Below, piece by piece: positions 46,791-55,410 of a stretch of DNA of 64,000 nucleotides (position 1 is its first letter; each line of letters begins with the position of its first letter). The notes beneath the pieces are model-generated. The model saw only the letters and a program-made list of their open reading frames with translations, was not told the origin of the DNA and did not search any database. Location: positions 1-64,000 of the IMG/VR virus record IMGVR_UViG_3300039074_000056; one strand, given 5' to 3'. A program made the position numbers and the translations under genes. The stretch is from a virus.

Positions 46791-47491
46791 TTATTTGTTT
46801 CCTTCTTATCAAGTTCTTCTGTCAATAATGCAGCAAATGTTGCTGGATAGCAAGGAACAACTACTTCCTTAATCATCTCAGCCAGCTCGCCTGCTGCGCG
46901 TTGTGCGCCACCACCAACTCGTTGTTTAATTACACGAGCAAAAGCCATAGCACTCCCTGTCCACACCCACTCTGTCATTGTATTCTGAGGAAGAATCATA
47001 CGAGCCTCTTCGGGTGCAACGCCACAAGAGATCATAGCAGCATACCACTCAACAATACCAGACAAATCTTGTTTAATGCTTTGTTCAATAGTTTGCTGTT
47101 GTGGACAATCAACATTCGTAGCCAACATGTAAAAATTAGCATCATCGCTGCTACCCTGCTTAACGTTATCTGGCTTATTGTGCCAAATAGCAGGCCAATA
47201 GAACTCAGGTTCTGATGAAACATAGCGACGACTTACTTCATTCCATGTCAATCCAATCTGATGCTTCTTAAACTGTGCTGCAAGAAACATCGGAGCCTTG
47301 ATGCGAATACTAATACTGGTATGTGCAAAAGGACTCCAGTGGTCGTGCTTTGCAAGGTAGGACAGAAGCTTTGCGTCCTTGTCTGTAAACTCATCTACTA
47401 CTTTATTAAAGCTCACTCGTGCTGCATTTACTACATTTACATCTGACCCCATGTGGTCTACATATTCCACAGACATTGGTACGATATTCAT
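46787..47491 (-). CDS. thyX: flavin-dependent thymidylate synthase
   Basis: 'MGSD..VVNAARVSF', 'HWSPF.H', 'KHQ.G..WNEVSRRY', 'PEEARMILPQ'. Confidence 0.95.
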   Translation of the reverse strand: MNIVPMSVEYVDHMGSDVNVVNAARVSFNKVVDEFTDKDAKLLSYLAKHDHWSPFAHTSISIRIKAPMFLAAQFKKHQIGLTWNEVSRRYVSSEPEFYWPAIWHNKPDNVKQGSSDDANFYMLATNVDCPQQQTIEQSIKQDLSGIVEWYAAMISCGVAPEEARMILPQNTMTEWVWTGSAMAFARVIKQRVGGGAQRAAGELAEMIKEVVVPCYPATFAALLTEELDKKETNK

Positions 47492-47689
47492 TTATCCTCC
47501 TTCTACTGTATAATCTTGTTGTTCCATTTTCTCATTGCTAATCTCATACTGACTAACAAAGCAACCAGCATCTTTCAGAAGATCTAACCATGTGTTAGTG
47601 GGAATACTATGACCATCTTCGTACAGCTTGCCATTAACAATCAAAGCTTCCCAATCACCATCAGGACATGTGAAATGTTCTACTTTCAT
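47492..47689 (-). CDS. hypothetical protein
   Basis: ORF; 'DWE.L..NG.L..DGHSI'. Confidence 0.55.
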   Translation of the reverse strand: MKVEHFTCPDGDWEALIVNGKLYEDGHSIPTNTWLDLLKDAGCFVSQYEISNEKMEQQDYTVEGG

Positions 47690-48147
47690 TCATCCTCCTT
47701 CTTCATTTCAAGCGCACGACTAATAGAGTCAATAGCCTCTTGCCAATCCTTAGTTATATCCTTACCACCACCACGACCACCAGAAACAAGAAGCTTCTTG
47801 ATTGCATGTTGAATGCAAGGGTTGCTTACTCCAAAAAGATCAATGACACGATAAACATCAATGTAAGATAAATGACTTACATCTTTGTAATAGTGCGGGT
47901 GCTTTTTTCCCCTGTTCACAATTTCAGGCTGTTCACTTTTTGTGAACACATCTTCTACTCGATTAACCACGCTATACAAATCTACTTCATCTAACTTGAA
48001 ATAATAACTATCACCATCAGCACAATTACAAACTAAAGTAGCGTATTCTGTATCTGGATTAATGATATGTTTTACTGAATAGACAGTCTGAAATTCCCAA
48101 TGATCTTCTTTCTTAGCAGTGACTTCATCACCAATTTTAATTAGCAT
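47686..48147 (-). CDS. DUF3310-like domain protein
   Basis: C-terminal 'HPHYY...DVY.V...F......HAIKKLL..G.RG..KD...D..EA'. Confidence 0.55.
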   Translation of the reverse strand: MLIKIGDEVTAKKEDHWEFQTVYSVKHIINPDTEYATLVCNCADGDSYYFKLDEVDLYSVVNRVEDVFTKSEQPEIVNRGKKHPHYYKDVSHLSYIDVYRVIDLFGVSNPCIQHAIKKLLVSGGRGGGKDITKDWQEAIDSISRALEMKKEDE

Positions 48148-48422
48148 TATAAAGCCTCCCTGACAATATCTGCAAGATGAGCATTCTTTAGATTCTTGCT
48201 CACCCAATGCTGCAAGCTCAATTCACGAGAAGACTTATAAATAGCTTCAATTAGCTCTTGGTCAATGATATAACCAGCTTCGTTAAGAAGCTCAAGATAT
48301 TGCTTAGTCAGCAATGTCCATGTCATGTCTTCAGCATCAATCTTCTTTACAATCTTTTTGGCAGGAATGATTTCATTGTCCCACTCATTTTCTTCGCTCT
48401 TAATTGTGATCTTAATCTTCAC
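48147..48422 (-). CDS. hypothetical protein
   Basis: GTG after AAGGAG. Confidence 0.55.
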   Translation of the reverse strand: MKIKITIKSEENEWDNEIIPAKKIVKKIDAEDMTWTLLTKQYLELLNEAGYIIDQELIEAIYKSSRELSLQHWVSKNLKNAHLADIVREAL

Positions 48423-48453
48423 ATTAATTCTCCTTACGTTTCTTTAGCTTGGG

Positions 48454-49011
48454 TTAGTCATCTATTTCTACTTTCCTAGCCCACAAAGCCTCTGGTATTC
48501 TAGGGTCAACACAATTTTCATTATAAAGTATGTCGGCTACACTTTTAAACACCCCTTCTTTACCTGCTTTATAGAATAAAAAAGCTTCTTCTATATTAGT
48601 GAAGCTTTTTCTAAAAAGCTTTCCGCTAGTATCTGTATACTGCGCTCGGTATAAAGACCTGTCTTTTTCAAGACAAACACCTATTGGTGTATCACCTCTG
48701 GAGGCTTTCTTTGTTTTTACTAGTTGATTGAGCCAGCTAGGTACAAAAACACAAAAATCCTCGGAGTAATGTCTGTTATTCTTAAACAGTATATCTTTAT
48801 CAAGCTCCCAATATCTTCCTGTAGAAGATTTGTTATTATAACCTACTTGATTTTTAGCCCAATCAACGAACCAAAATCTGTCTTTAAAATTATCGCTGAT
48901 TGTGCAATCTCGATAATGTCTGTAGTTCTCTTTTAAATTACCAACTCTCCTGTTCATAGCCCTGTAAATGTCTCTTAATCTTAGATCAGTCTTGCTATAT
49001 CTATTGCTCAT
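48454..49011 (-). CDS. free-standing HNH-type homing endonuclease (same family as 6353-7111)
   Basis: 'WELDKDIL...N..YSED.CVFVP..LN', 'PIGV', 'EEAF..YK..KE', ends 'VEIDD'. Confidence 0.8.
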   Translation of the reverse strand: MSNRYSKTDLRLRDIYRAMNRRVGNLKENYRHYRDCTISDNFKDRFWFVDWAKNQVGYNNKSSTGRYWELDKDILFKNNRHYSEDFCVFVPSWLNQLVKTKKASRGDTPIGVCLEKDRSLYRAQYTDTSGKLFRKSFTNIEEAFLFYKAGKEGVFKSVADILYNENCVDPRIPEALWARKVEIDD

Positions 49012-49200
49012 AAATCCTCCTAGTAGTATATTATCTCATACCCAAGGGTATTTAGTCCACATATTTATTTTTCTTTGTCTCTCTTGACTTTCTCTTAACA
49101 AGCTCTCGTTCCTTCTCTCGCTTGCGTTTCATGTAATCAGACAAATTGCTATCATCCTTGATAGCTTCTTCGTAGTCTAAACGATTACCTCTGTTTCCCA

Positions 49201-50235
49201 TTAACCAATATACCTCTTCTTCAAGAAATCCAATGAAACAAAGCTTGGGTCGGCATAGCCGTCCTTTGCACCATACAGCATAACAATACCTCGGAAGTGG
49301 TTGTTGCCCTGATATCCTTTGTATCCTTCATCAAAAGGATAGCTCGCGCCAGCTACAATACCAAGTTGCATCTTACCATCAATCGTTGGTCGGATAGCAA
49401 CATCCAGAGTTTGCTTGTGTCCTACAACAAAACTCTTACCAACATTCTTTAGCTGGTTCAAAGCTGTACCACCATAAGGCTTACCAGTAAATGGGTTAGC
49501 TAAGTAATGCACAAAATAGATGCCTTGAATCTCAACTGGCTTCAAGAAGTCATGCACTTCCCAACCATCTTCCTCAAGAGCAAGAAGTTCGTAGCTAATG
49601 AAGCCGTCAAACTCTGGTTGGCTACTCGGAACACGCATCAAGCGTTCCTCGTGGTTGCCCATAGTGAACACCATACGAGGGTTGTAATCTTTCAGCTTCT
49701 TCATTGGAGCAAGCAACCTATTCATACCCTCACGACCAGCAGCAATGTCAGCCTTTAGGCGACGACCCTCAAATGAAAGCTTGCCTTTATCATAGCTGCT
49801 CAGACTTGGGAAGTCAAAGAAATCGCCAGCACACACAATAACATCAGGCTTCTTGTCAGCTAAGTATTGACCAATCCAATCAAGATAAGAAAGGTCTTCG
49901 CCTACTTTAACTTGTGGGTCTGGGATGTACATAATTTTCAAGCCATCACCATTGATATTTTTAATAGCAAAGTCGATGTGCTGGCGCAAATTTTTCATTT
50001 CTTTGCTTTCAAATAACTTGCCATTAGCTGGCTTGCTAAGATCAAAGTCAATGTTCGTTGTCAGATTTGTTGTGTCAATGGGTTGTGAAATCTCTACTTG
50101 ACGAGCCAACAAATCATTCACTGTACTCTTCTTACTCTCAGAGCCAAGAACCGCTTTCGCAATGAGCCGTGAAGTCAAGCCTTCTGCTTTTAATCGAAGA
50201 ATCTTATCTTTCTGTTCTTGTGTCAGCTTACTCAA
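49201..50235 (-). CDS. metallophosphoesterase with N-terminal HTH
   Basis: 'PD.Q', 'GDFFD', 'GNHE', 'GH.Q'. Confidence 0.8.
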   Translation of the reverse strand: MSKLTQEQKDKILRLKAEGLTSRLIAKAVLGSESKKSTVNDLLARQVEISQPIDTTNLTTNIDFDLSKPANGKLFESKEMKNLRQHIDFAIKNINGDGLKIMYIPDPQVKVGEDLSYLDWIGQYLADKKPDVIVCAGDFFDFPSLSSYDKGKLSFEGRRLKADIAAGREGMNRLLAPMKKLKDYNPRMVFTMGNHEERLMRVPSSQPEFDGFISYELLALEEDGWEVHDFLKPVEIQGIYFVHYLANPFTGKPYGGTALNQLKNVGKSFVVGHKQTLDVAIRPTIDGKMQLGIVAGASYPFDEGYKGYQGNNHFRGIVMLYGAKDGYADPSFVSLDFLKKRYIG

Positions 50236-50480
50236 TTAACACCTCCTGAAATATTCATGTCACGACTACAGCTTTTACCACAACTTTCTTTCCACTGCGC
50301 TTGCCCAGAGCAATTAGTGAAATAGCGGTAAGCACCATCATAGAAACGATAAACCGTACAGCTATCTACTGTGAATAGCTTATCAACTGTGTACTCCCCA
50401 ATAGGAGTGGTTTGCTCGGCTTTCTTTGCACAACCAGATAAAGCCAAGACAGATAGAACAACAGCAACGACTTTAATCAA
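50232..50480 (-). CDS. small lipoprotein (DUF4884-like)
   Basis: lipobox 'LSGC'; 'V.KLF..D.C.VYRF.D...YFT.C'. Confidence 0.7.
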   Translation of the reverse strand: MIKVVAVVLSVLALSGCAKKAEQTTPIGEYTVDKLFTVDSCTVYRFYDGAYRYFTNCSGQAQWKESCGKSCSRDMNISGGVN

Positions 50481-50674
50481 TTTTTATCTCCAATAATAAG
50501 GCTAGCTATTAGCGTAGGTAGCCAAATCAGTGTTACCACTACGAAGAACTCTTTCTCTGTTAAATCTGGGTCAATAATTAGGTCTGGATTAGACTTAGAG
50601 TAGTGCCACAAACCATAGGAGATGGAAGCTCCGACGAATAAATAACCTGTTAGCCAATATAAAAATGTAATCAT
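50477..50674 (-). CDS. small membrane protein
   Basis: two hydrophobic segments. Confidence 0.55.
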   Translation of the reverse strand: MITFLYWLTGYLFVGASISYGLWHYSKSNPDLIIDPDLTEKEFFVVVTLIWLPTLIASLIIGDKN

Positions 50675-50886
50675 TCCTGAAGCTCCTTTAGTTTTTCAAC
50701 AAGCGCGTCAATCTCAGTTTGGATTTCTTTCGCAAGCCAGTTATTGGCTTCTTGCTGTGTCTCAAAATAAATATACATTCCATCTCCAAACAACGGTGGA
50801 AGCTCAAAACCAATGGGTGCATCGTCGTCAACTTCGACATACTCTACTGTCTTGTAGTAATTATCTGCTCGATATAGTTTTTTCAT
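50671..50886 (-). CDS. hypothetical protein
   Basis: ORF with SD AAGGAG. Confidence 0.55.
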   Translation of the reverse strand: MKKLYRADNYYKTVEYVEVDDDAPIGFELPPLFGDGMYIYFETQQEANNWLAKEIQTEIDALVEKLKELQE

Positions 50887-51030
50887 TTTGTTAAAATCTC
50901 CTTAGTTTTGGTTGAAGTGAACCAATCCGTACCTCGCATATCATCCCACTGGTACAACATCTGAGTTGTAGATTTATTGCCTGCTTTGAGGTTTGTAATA
51001 AGTTGACTCAAGGCTTTCTCAAAGTTTCCG

Positions 51031-51573
51031 CTAATCTCTTTTTGCACTTAACGCCTCCTTTACTTGCTCTCTTCGTAGCTTCTGATTAGAAGCTGGAACA
51101 ACGCCATTGTCAATCAAAAATTGCTTGTCTTGCTTGTCTTTCATAATCTGAATCACTTTCTTCTCCACTATTGCTTCTTCGATACTTGTGCCATTCTTTT
51201 CAGCCAAGGTCTTAGCTTTATGGCAAGGCTTACAAAGAATAGCTAAGTCATCAAATGTAACACAAACAATACCTTCAATGAAAGCCTGTAAGTCAGATAA
51301 CTGCCTAAGAGAATGCCCACCTTGACGATGGTCAACCTCGATATCCTTCATCGGGAAGTCTTTGTTGCAAATCTCGCAAGTTGCTCCAAACACCTCCCTT
51401 AGCTTACCTCTTGGATTTGGATTTACAATCTTCTTCTTGTGCTTCTTTAGAAACTCAAGTTTGATTGGCGACCTTGACCACAAGCTACGACGGATACCTC
51501 CACGCAAAAAACTCATAAAGCTACTTTCTGTTGCCCAGATGTGGCTGAATTCTTTCCAAGGTATTTTAGTCAT
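51031..51573 (-). CDS. HNH endonuclease (Zn-binding)
   Basis: 'CEIC...F...IEVDH...LC.PCHK.KT'. Confidence 0.85.
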   Translation of the reverse strand: MTKIPWKEFSHIWATESSFMSFLRGGIRRSLWSRSPIKLEFLKKHKKKIVNPNPRGKLREVFGATCEICNKDFPMKDIEVDHRQGGHSLRQLSDLQAFIEGIVCVTFDDLAILCKPCHKAKTLAEKNGTSIEEAIVEKKVIQIMKDKQDKQFLIDNGVVPASNQKLRREQVKEALSAKRD

Positions 51574-52577
51574 TTAATCTTAGCATACTTCAAGATGCTC
51601 CTCAAATCATACTTGTATGTTGGGCTTCGCTTCATTACTACACAATCACAGTACATTTGCCAAATCTCCAAGTAGTTCTTAGTATGCTCTGTGCCATCCC
51701 AAGCAGTATATGTCACAGGCTCTGGATACCACTCTTTGTATTTGTCATGCACCTTCTGCAAGGCATCGTAGTCATCTTCACAATCTTTCAGCAAGTCATA
51801 ACTACTTTTCTCACCAAACTTCACCCCACACAACTCTGTTGGCTTGTAACAGTCTGTGCTGTCTCCGATTAGCATCTGATGGTACATGCCCAGCCTGCCG
51901 TTAAACTTTACATCACCTTTGTCATTAAGCCAAAGCTTGCCAAACTCAGGAAGCATCTCTACTTCTGGATTTTCTTGTGTCCAATCCAACAGCCTCGTAG
52001 AAAATGCCTGTCGATTATCTTTATCTAGCGAAGCCACAATAATCTTCTCTGTCTTACTTTGCTTTGCAAGCATTGCTCGATATACAAGCATGTCATCAGC
52101 CTCTTCATCAACAGCAACAATAGCCTTGTGATGCTCAATAAGGTACTGCCTACACTGTGCAAGAAGAACGGGGCGCTCTACATCTTCTCGCTTTCCTTTG
52201 TACTTACTTGGCAGAGGAAGCCTATCACGAAAGTTTGTATCACCAGACAAATAGATTTCATATTCACTTGCACCAGCCAACTTCATAATCAACTTAATCT
52301 GTTGCTTAATACTGTGTAAAGCATTTGAAACATCATCAGCTACACGCTTGTCTGTAATAGTGAAGTCATCCTCAACAAAGGGTGTCTCTCGCTCTTTGTT
52401 AATCTCAGCAAGCCATCCACCACTATGTTTCTTGTCTCTGCCGTAAAACTCTGTTCGTGTCTTAAACTCTTTCATCCTACCGGTTGCTTTATGGACAACC
52501 TCAATCGTTCGCTTTTCAGCAGCAGCGGAACACCTAAACGCCAAGAGGTCGCCATCAATGGCTACAATAGTTTTCAT
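51570..52577 (-). CDS. 5'-3' exonuclease (T7 gp6 / RNase H-like)
   Basis: 'IDGD', 'NFR......YKG.R', 'EADD', 'DKD..Q', 'Q.L.GD.TD.Y', 'G.K'. Confidence 0.9.
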   Translation of the reverse strand: MKTIVAIDGDLLAFRCSAAAEKRTIEVVHKATGRMKEFKTRTEFYGRDKKHSGGWLAEINKERETPFVEDDFTITDKRVADDVSNALHSIKQQIKLIMKLAGASEYEIYLSGDTNFRDRLPLPSKYKGKREDVERPVLLAQCRQYLIEHHKAIVAVDEEADDMLVYRAMLAKQSKTEKIIVASLDKDNRQAFSTRLLDWTQENPEVEMLPEFGKLWLNDKGDVKFNGRLGMYHQMLIGDSTDCYKPTELCGVKFGEKSSYDLLKDCEDDYDALQKVHDKYKEWYPEPVTYTAWDGTEHTKNYLEIWQMYCDCVVMKRSPTYKYDLRSILKYAKIK

Positions 52578-52584
52578 CCTACCT

Positions 52585-52635
52585 CCAAATAAAAAGCCCC
52601 ATAGACAGTCCACATATAGCGGAATATCTATGAGG
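52585..52635 (-). terminator. long hairpin plus U-tract upstream of the exonuclease RBS
   Basis: minus strand CCTCATAGATA...TGTCTATGGGG CTTTTT. Confidence 0.5.
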
Positions 52636-52664
52636 ATAAAATGGCTCAACAGCCGTTCAGATTG

Positions 52665-52898
52665 TTATGCAAGCTCTTCTGTCAATTCGATAAAGCTCTT
52701 CATCTTCTCAACTGCCTCACCTTCTTTGGCTAGGGCAATCAATTTAGCAAGCTTGTTAATTGCGGCAACATCTACATCTTCTGGCAATACTTCTTTAGCT
52801 TCTGCGATCAGTGCTTTTGTATCTTCAGATAGAAGGTTAATTTCACGATAGATTGCAACAAGGTCAGTCAATACTTTCTTTGGTGTTAATTTCTGCAC
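52665..52898 (-). CDS. small DNA-binding protein (GapR/T4 DsbA-like)
   Basis: 'L.ED.K.L..EAK.....DV.AI.KL' helical pattern. Confidence 0.4.
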   Translation of the reverse strand: MQKLTPKKVLTDLVAIYREINLLSEDTKALIAEAKEVLPEDVDVAAINKLAKLIALAKEGEAVEKMKSFIELTEELA

Positions 52899-53035
52899 TA
52901 CGCTTTCTCCTGATTTGATACTGATTTAATTCGTTGGTATGCTCGGCTGTAAAACTCAATTTCTTCCAAGCTGCTGTCCTTCATTACTCCTAAAATCTTT
53001 TTGAAGGAGTTCATCTAAAACCTTTTGTTCAGTCA

Positions 53036-53227
53036 TCAATTATTCTCCTTAACAGTTTTCCACCCACGAATAAAAATACCAAGCATTACCGTAGCTGCCC
53101 ATGTTTCCATTGTCAGAGGAATGGCTGTTAGGAACAGTACATTAACAGATAGAATTACCAAAATAGGAACTAAGATAATCAAGCCAATGAAAAAGGCAAT
53201 CAACAGCAAGTTTTTCAATACTTCCAT
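53036..53227 (-). CDS. small membrane protein
   Basis: hydrophobic; 'SVN.LF...IPLT.ETW.A'. Confidence 0.55.
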   Translation of the reverse strand: MEVLKNLLLIAFFIGLIILVPILVILSVNVLFLTAIPLTMETWAATVMLGIFIRGWKTVKENN

Positions 53228-53430
53228 TATACTTTCTCCTCATAAAATTTAATGCGCTTTTCAAGAACATTAGCGTAGCTGCTCATGTAATCAAGCTGTG
53301 TGTAAAGCAATGATTGATCGTAGCTCGTAAGCTCTTGCCAATCTGTGTTGTCGTAAATGAAGCTCTGCAATTCAAAAATCTTTTGAGTCAAATCTGTGTG
53401 TTCGTGACGACTAAGATCAATAGCTGACAT
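53227..53430 (-). CDS. hypothetical protein
   Basis: 'L..KI..L..FI......L...Q.LL..QL..M..Y..VL..RI' helical hairpin. Confidence 0.6.
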   Translation of the reverse strand: MSAIDLSRHEHTDLTQKIFELQSFIYDNTDWQELTSYDQSLLYTQLDYMSSYANVLEKRIKFYEEKV

Positions 53431-53505
53431 AATAATTCTCCAATGTTTAATTAAAGCAGAGAAATTATAGTGTTAGTATAAAATCTCTGCATTTTCTAAG
53501 CTAGA

Positions 53506-54132
53506 TCAGAAAGGGGACTCTTCACCCTGTTCTTCTTCAACAGGCTTACGAGTTGTCTTCTTAGCTGCTACAGGCTTTGCAGGAGCTTCAGCAAAGTCTT
53601 CCTGTCCAGCAACTACAGGAGTACCGAAGTCATTATCTACCCCACCACTACCTGTTTGAGTGTATTCAATCAAGTTGTCAACCTTAACAGCACGAAGGCG
53701 AACAAAACGACCGTAGGAGTTTTCACTCTCTTCATAGCTCACCCAACCAGTTGAGCCATTAGCCACCAAAGTATCAGTGATGTTCTCAATACCGTTACCA
53801 CGATCAATAAAGACCTTTGGTTTGAACTTATCAGGGATAGGAGTACCATCCTTATAAGCTACACCACGCTTCAGCTTAATAACATGCTGCTTGCGCTGTT
53901 CAGGGAACGGAGGGTCAATCTTGAAGATTTCCTTAAACTCAGAAGTCTTCACAGCCTTACTTGGCTGCTTCTTGTAGTTTTCATCCCAAACATCAGCTTC
54001 ATCTTCTGAAACTACAATGTCTAACGACCATTCGAGTTCATCGCTTTGGTATTTTTTTGCTGGCTGTGCAATCTTAGTGTAGCACAATACGCCGTATACA
54101 GTTTTCACATTAGTGTTTTGTGAAGTTGTCAT
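53506..54132 (-). CDS. single-stranded DNA-binding protein (T7 gp2.5-like)
   Basis: 'VANGS.G.V', 'L.AV.V..LIEY', acidic tail ending in 'PF'. Confidence 0.75.
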   Translation of the reverse strand: MTTSQNTNVKTVYGVLCYTKIAQPAKKYQSDELEWSLDIVVSEDEADVWDENYKKQPSKAVKTSEFKEIFKIDPPFPEQRKQHVIKLKRGVAYKDGTPIPDKFKPKVFIDRGNGIENITDTLVANGSTGWVSYEESENSYGRFVRLRAVKVDNLIEYTQTGSGGVDNDFGTPVVAGQEDFAEAPAKPVAAKKTTRKPVEEEQGEESPF

Positions 54133-54151
54133 ATTAAGTTTCCTCTTAGTT

Positions 54152-54757
54152 TTAGTTTAGTGTTCCGTGTCGATCTGTATAACCTGCACCACTATTGTTG
54201 AGAAGCTCGATCATTTCTTCTCTCCAATTCTTTGCCATCTCGAAAGCTTTGTCGTAACCAAGCTTTTCAATGTTAAAAGCCTTACTCCTAAGTTTGCCAG
54301 ACAAGTCTACATAGTGTGCCGAAAAGTATTCGGCAGTCTTGCTCTTAAACTTCCTCGTAACAAGCCTAACCCCAGTCACGCCTGTTGTGTTTTTATCAAA
54401 CTGCTTCCTGTTTCTGTTATTAACAGCCATAGAAACTAGCCGAAGATTTGAAATCTTATTATCACAAGAATCGCCATTAATGTGATCTATACACAAACCT
54501 TCTGGTATTTCCCCAAAAAACATTTCATAAATAACTCTGTGCACTGAATAAGTCTTAGACTTAAATCTTATTTTCCAATATCTCTTATCCCCTACGGTTC
54601 TTAGAGTTCCGGCAACATCTCCGATGTCTCTTAAGTAATCCTTTCGCTTTGACATATTACTTGTCTTTAGCACAAGACCTGTAGGACTGTCCTCACTGTA
54701 AGCAACCCTATCAAATATTTCTTTAGGTATTTGTTTGGCCATCTTGATCAACACCAT
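54152..54757 (-). CDS. HNH homing endonuclease with AP2-like C-terminus
   Basis: 'HRVIY....GEIP....IDHINGD..DN.I.NLRLV...N.RN', 'NTTGVTGV'. Confidence 0.9.
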   Translation of the reverse strand: MVLIKMAKQIPKEIFDRVAYSEDSPTGLVLKTSNMSKRKDYLRDIGDVAGTLRTVGDKRYWKIRFKSKTYSVHRVIYEMFFGEIPEGLCIDHINGDSCDNKISNLRLVSMAVNNRNRKQFDKNTTGVTGVRLVTRKFKSKTAEYFSAHYVDLSGKLRSKAFNIEKLGYDKAFEMAKNWREEMIELLNNSGAGYTDRHGTLN

Positions 54758-54814
54758 ATTGAAGGCTTTGTGCTTCCATTTCTAGAAGCAATTCTGTTTC
54801 ATCGGTCATATTCA

Positions 54815-55015
54815 TTAATCTCTCCCTAAATTAAAGCTTGAATTAGTAATAGATGTTGTCGTAGACAACGAAGAACTAATAGCTTGGATGGCAGCAATCT
54901 TTACTGCATCACCTGCACTAGACTCCAAGATTCGCTGAATAGCGTCTGAGCCACCTTCGATTGTCTGTTTGCTTGGTGCTTCAACATAAACACCATACTT
55001 TGCTTTCTCTTTCAT
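54815..55015 (-). CDS. hypothetical protein
   Basis: ORF with SD AAGGAG. Confidence 0.5.
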   Translation of the reverse strand: MKEKAKYGVYVEAPSKQTIEGGSDAIQRILESSAGDAVKIAAIQAISSSLSTTTSITNSSFNLGRD

Positions 55016-55172
55016 TCCACTTCTCCTTTTGTTTTCAAAAAATCTGTGTCTTGCAATGCTGCTGTGATTAGGTCTTTAAGGCGGGATAGGTCTTCAACAC
55101 TAAGGGCAACAAACCAACCCTGCTCATCCTCATCAATAACCCAAACCCCACCCCCAAGATTTTTCAATGTAA

Positions 55173-55388
55173 TCATCGTTGAAATACTCCATACTTCTCT
55201 GAATTGTAGTTGTACTCTACTACCTTAAACATATAATCACTTGAAGGAAAATCTTCTGGTGACTTTACGATGTATGTTCCTTCTTCATCGTATGTAAGGT
55301 ATTCATAAACACGATCTTCACCATGTCCATTAGGCACTTGTTCAGTAGCTTGTTTGTAGATATAGATCAACAATGGAAAGCCTTTCAT
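55173..55388 (-). CDS. hypothetical protein
   Basis: ORF with SD AGGAG. Confidence 0.5.
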   Translation of the reverse strand: MKGFPLLIYIYKQATEQVPNGHGEDRVYEYLTYDEEGTYIVKSPEDFPSSDYMFKVVEYNYNSEKYGVFQR

Positions 55389-55410
55389 ACTTCTTCTCCT
55401 AATTTAGTGC

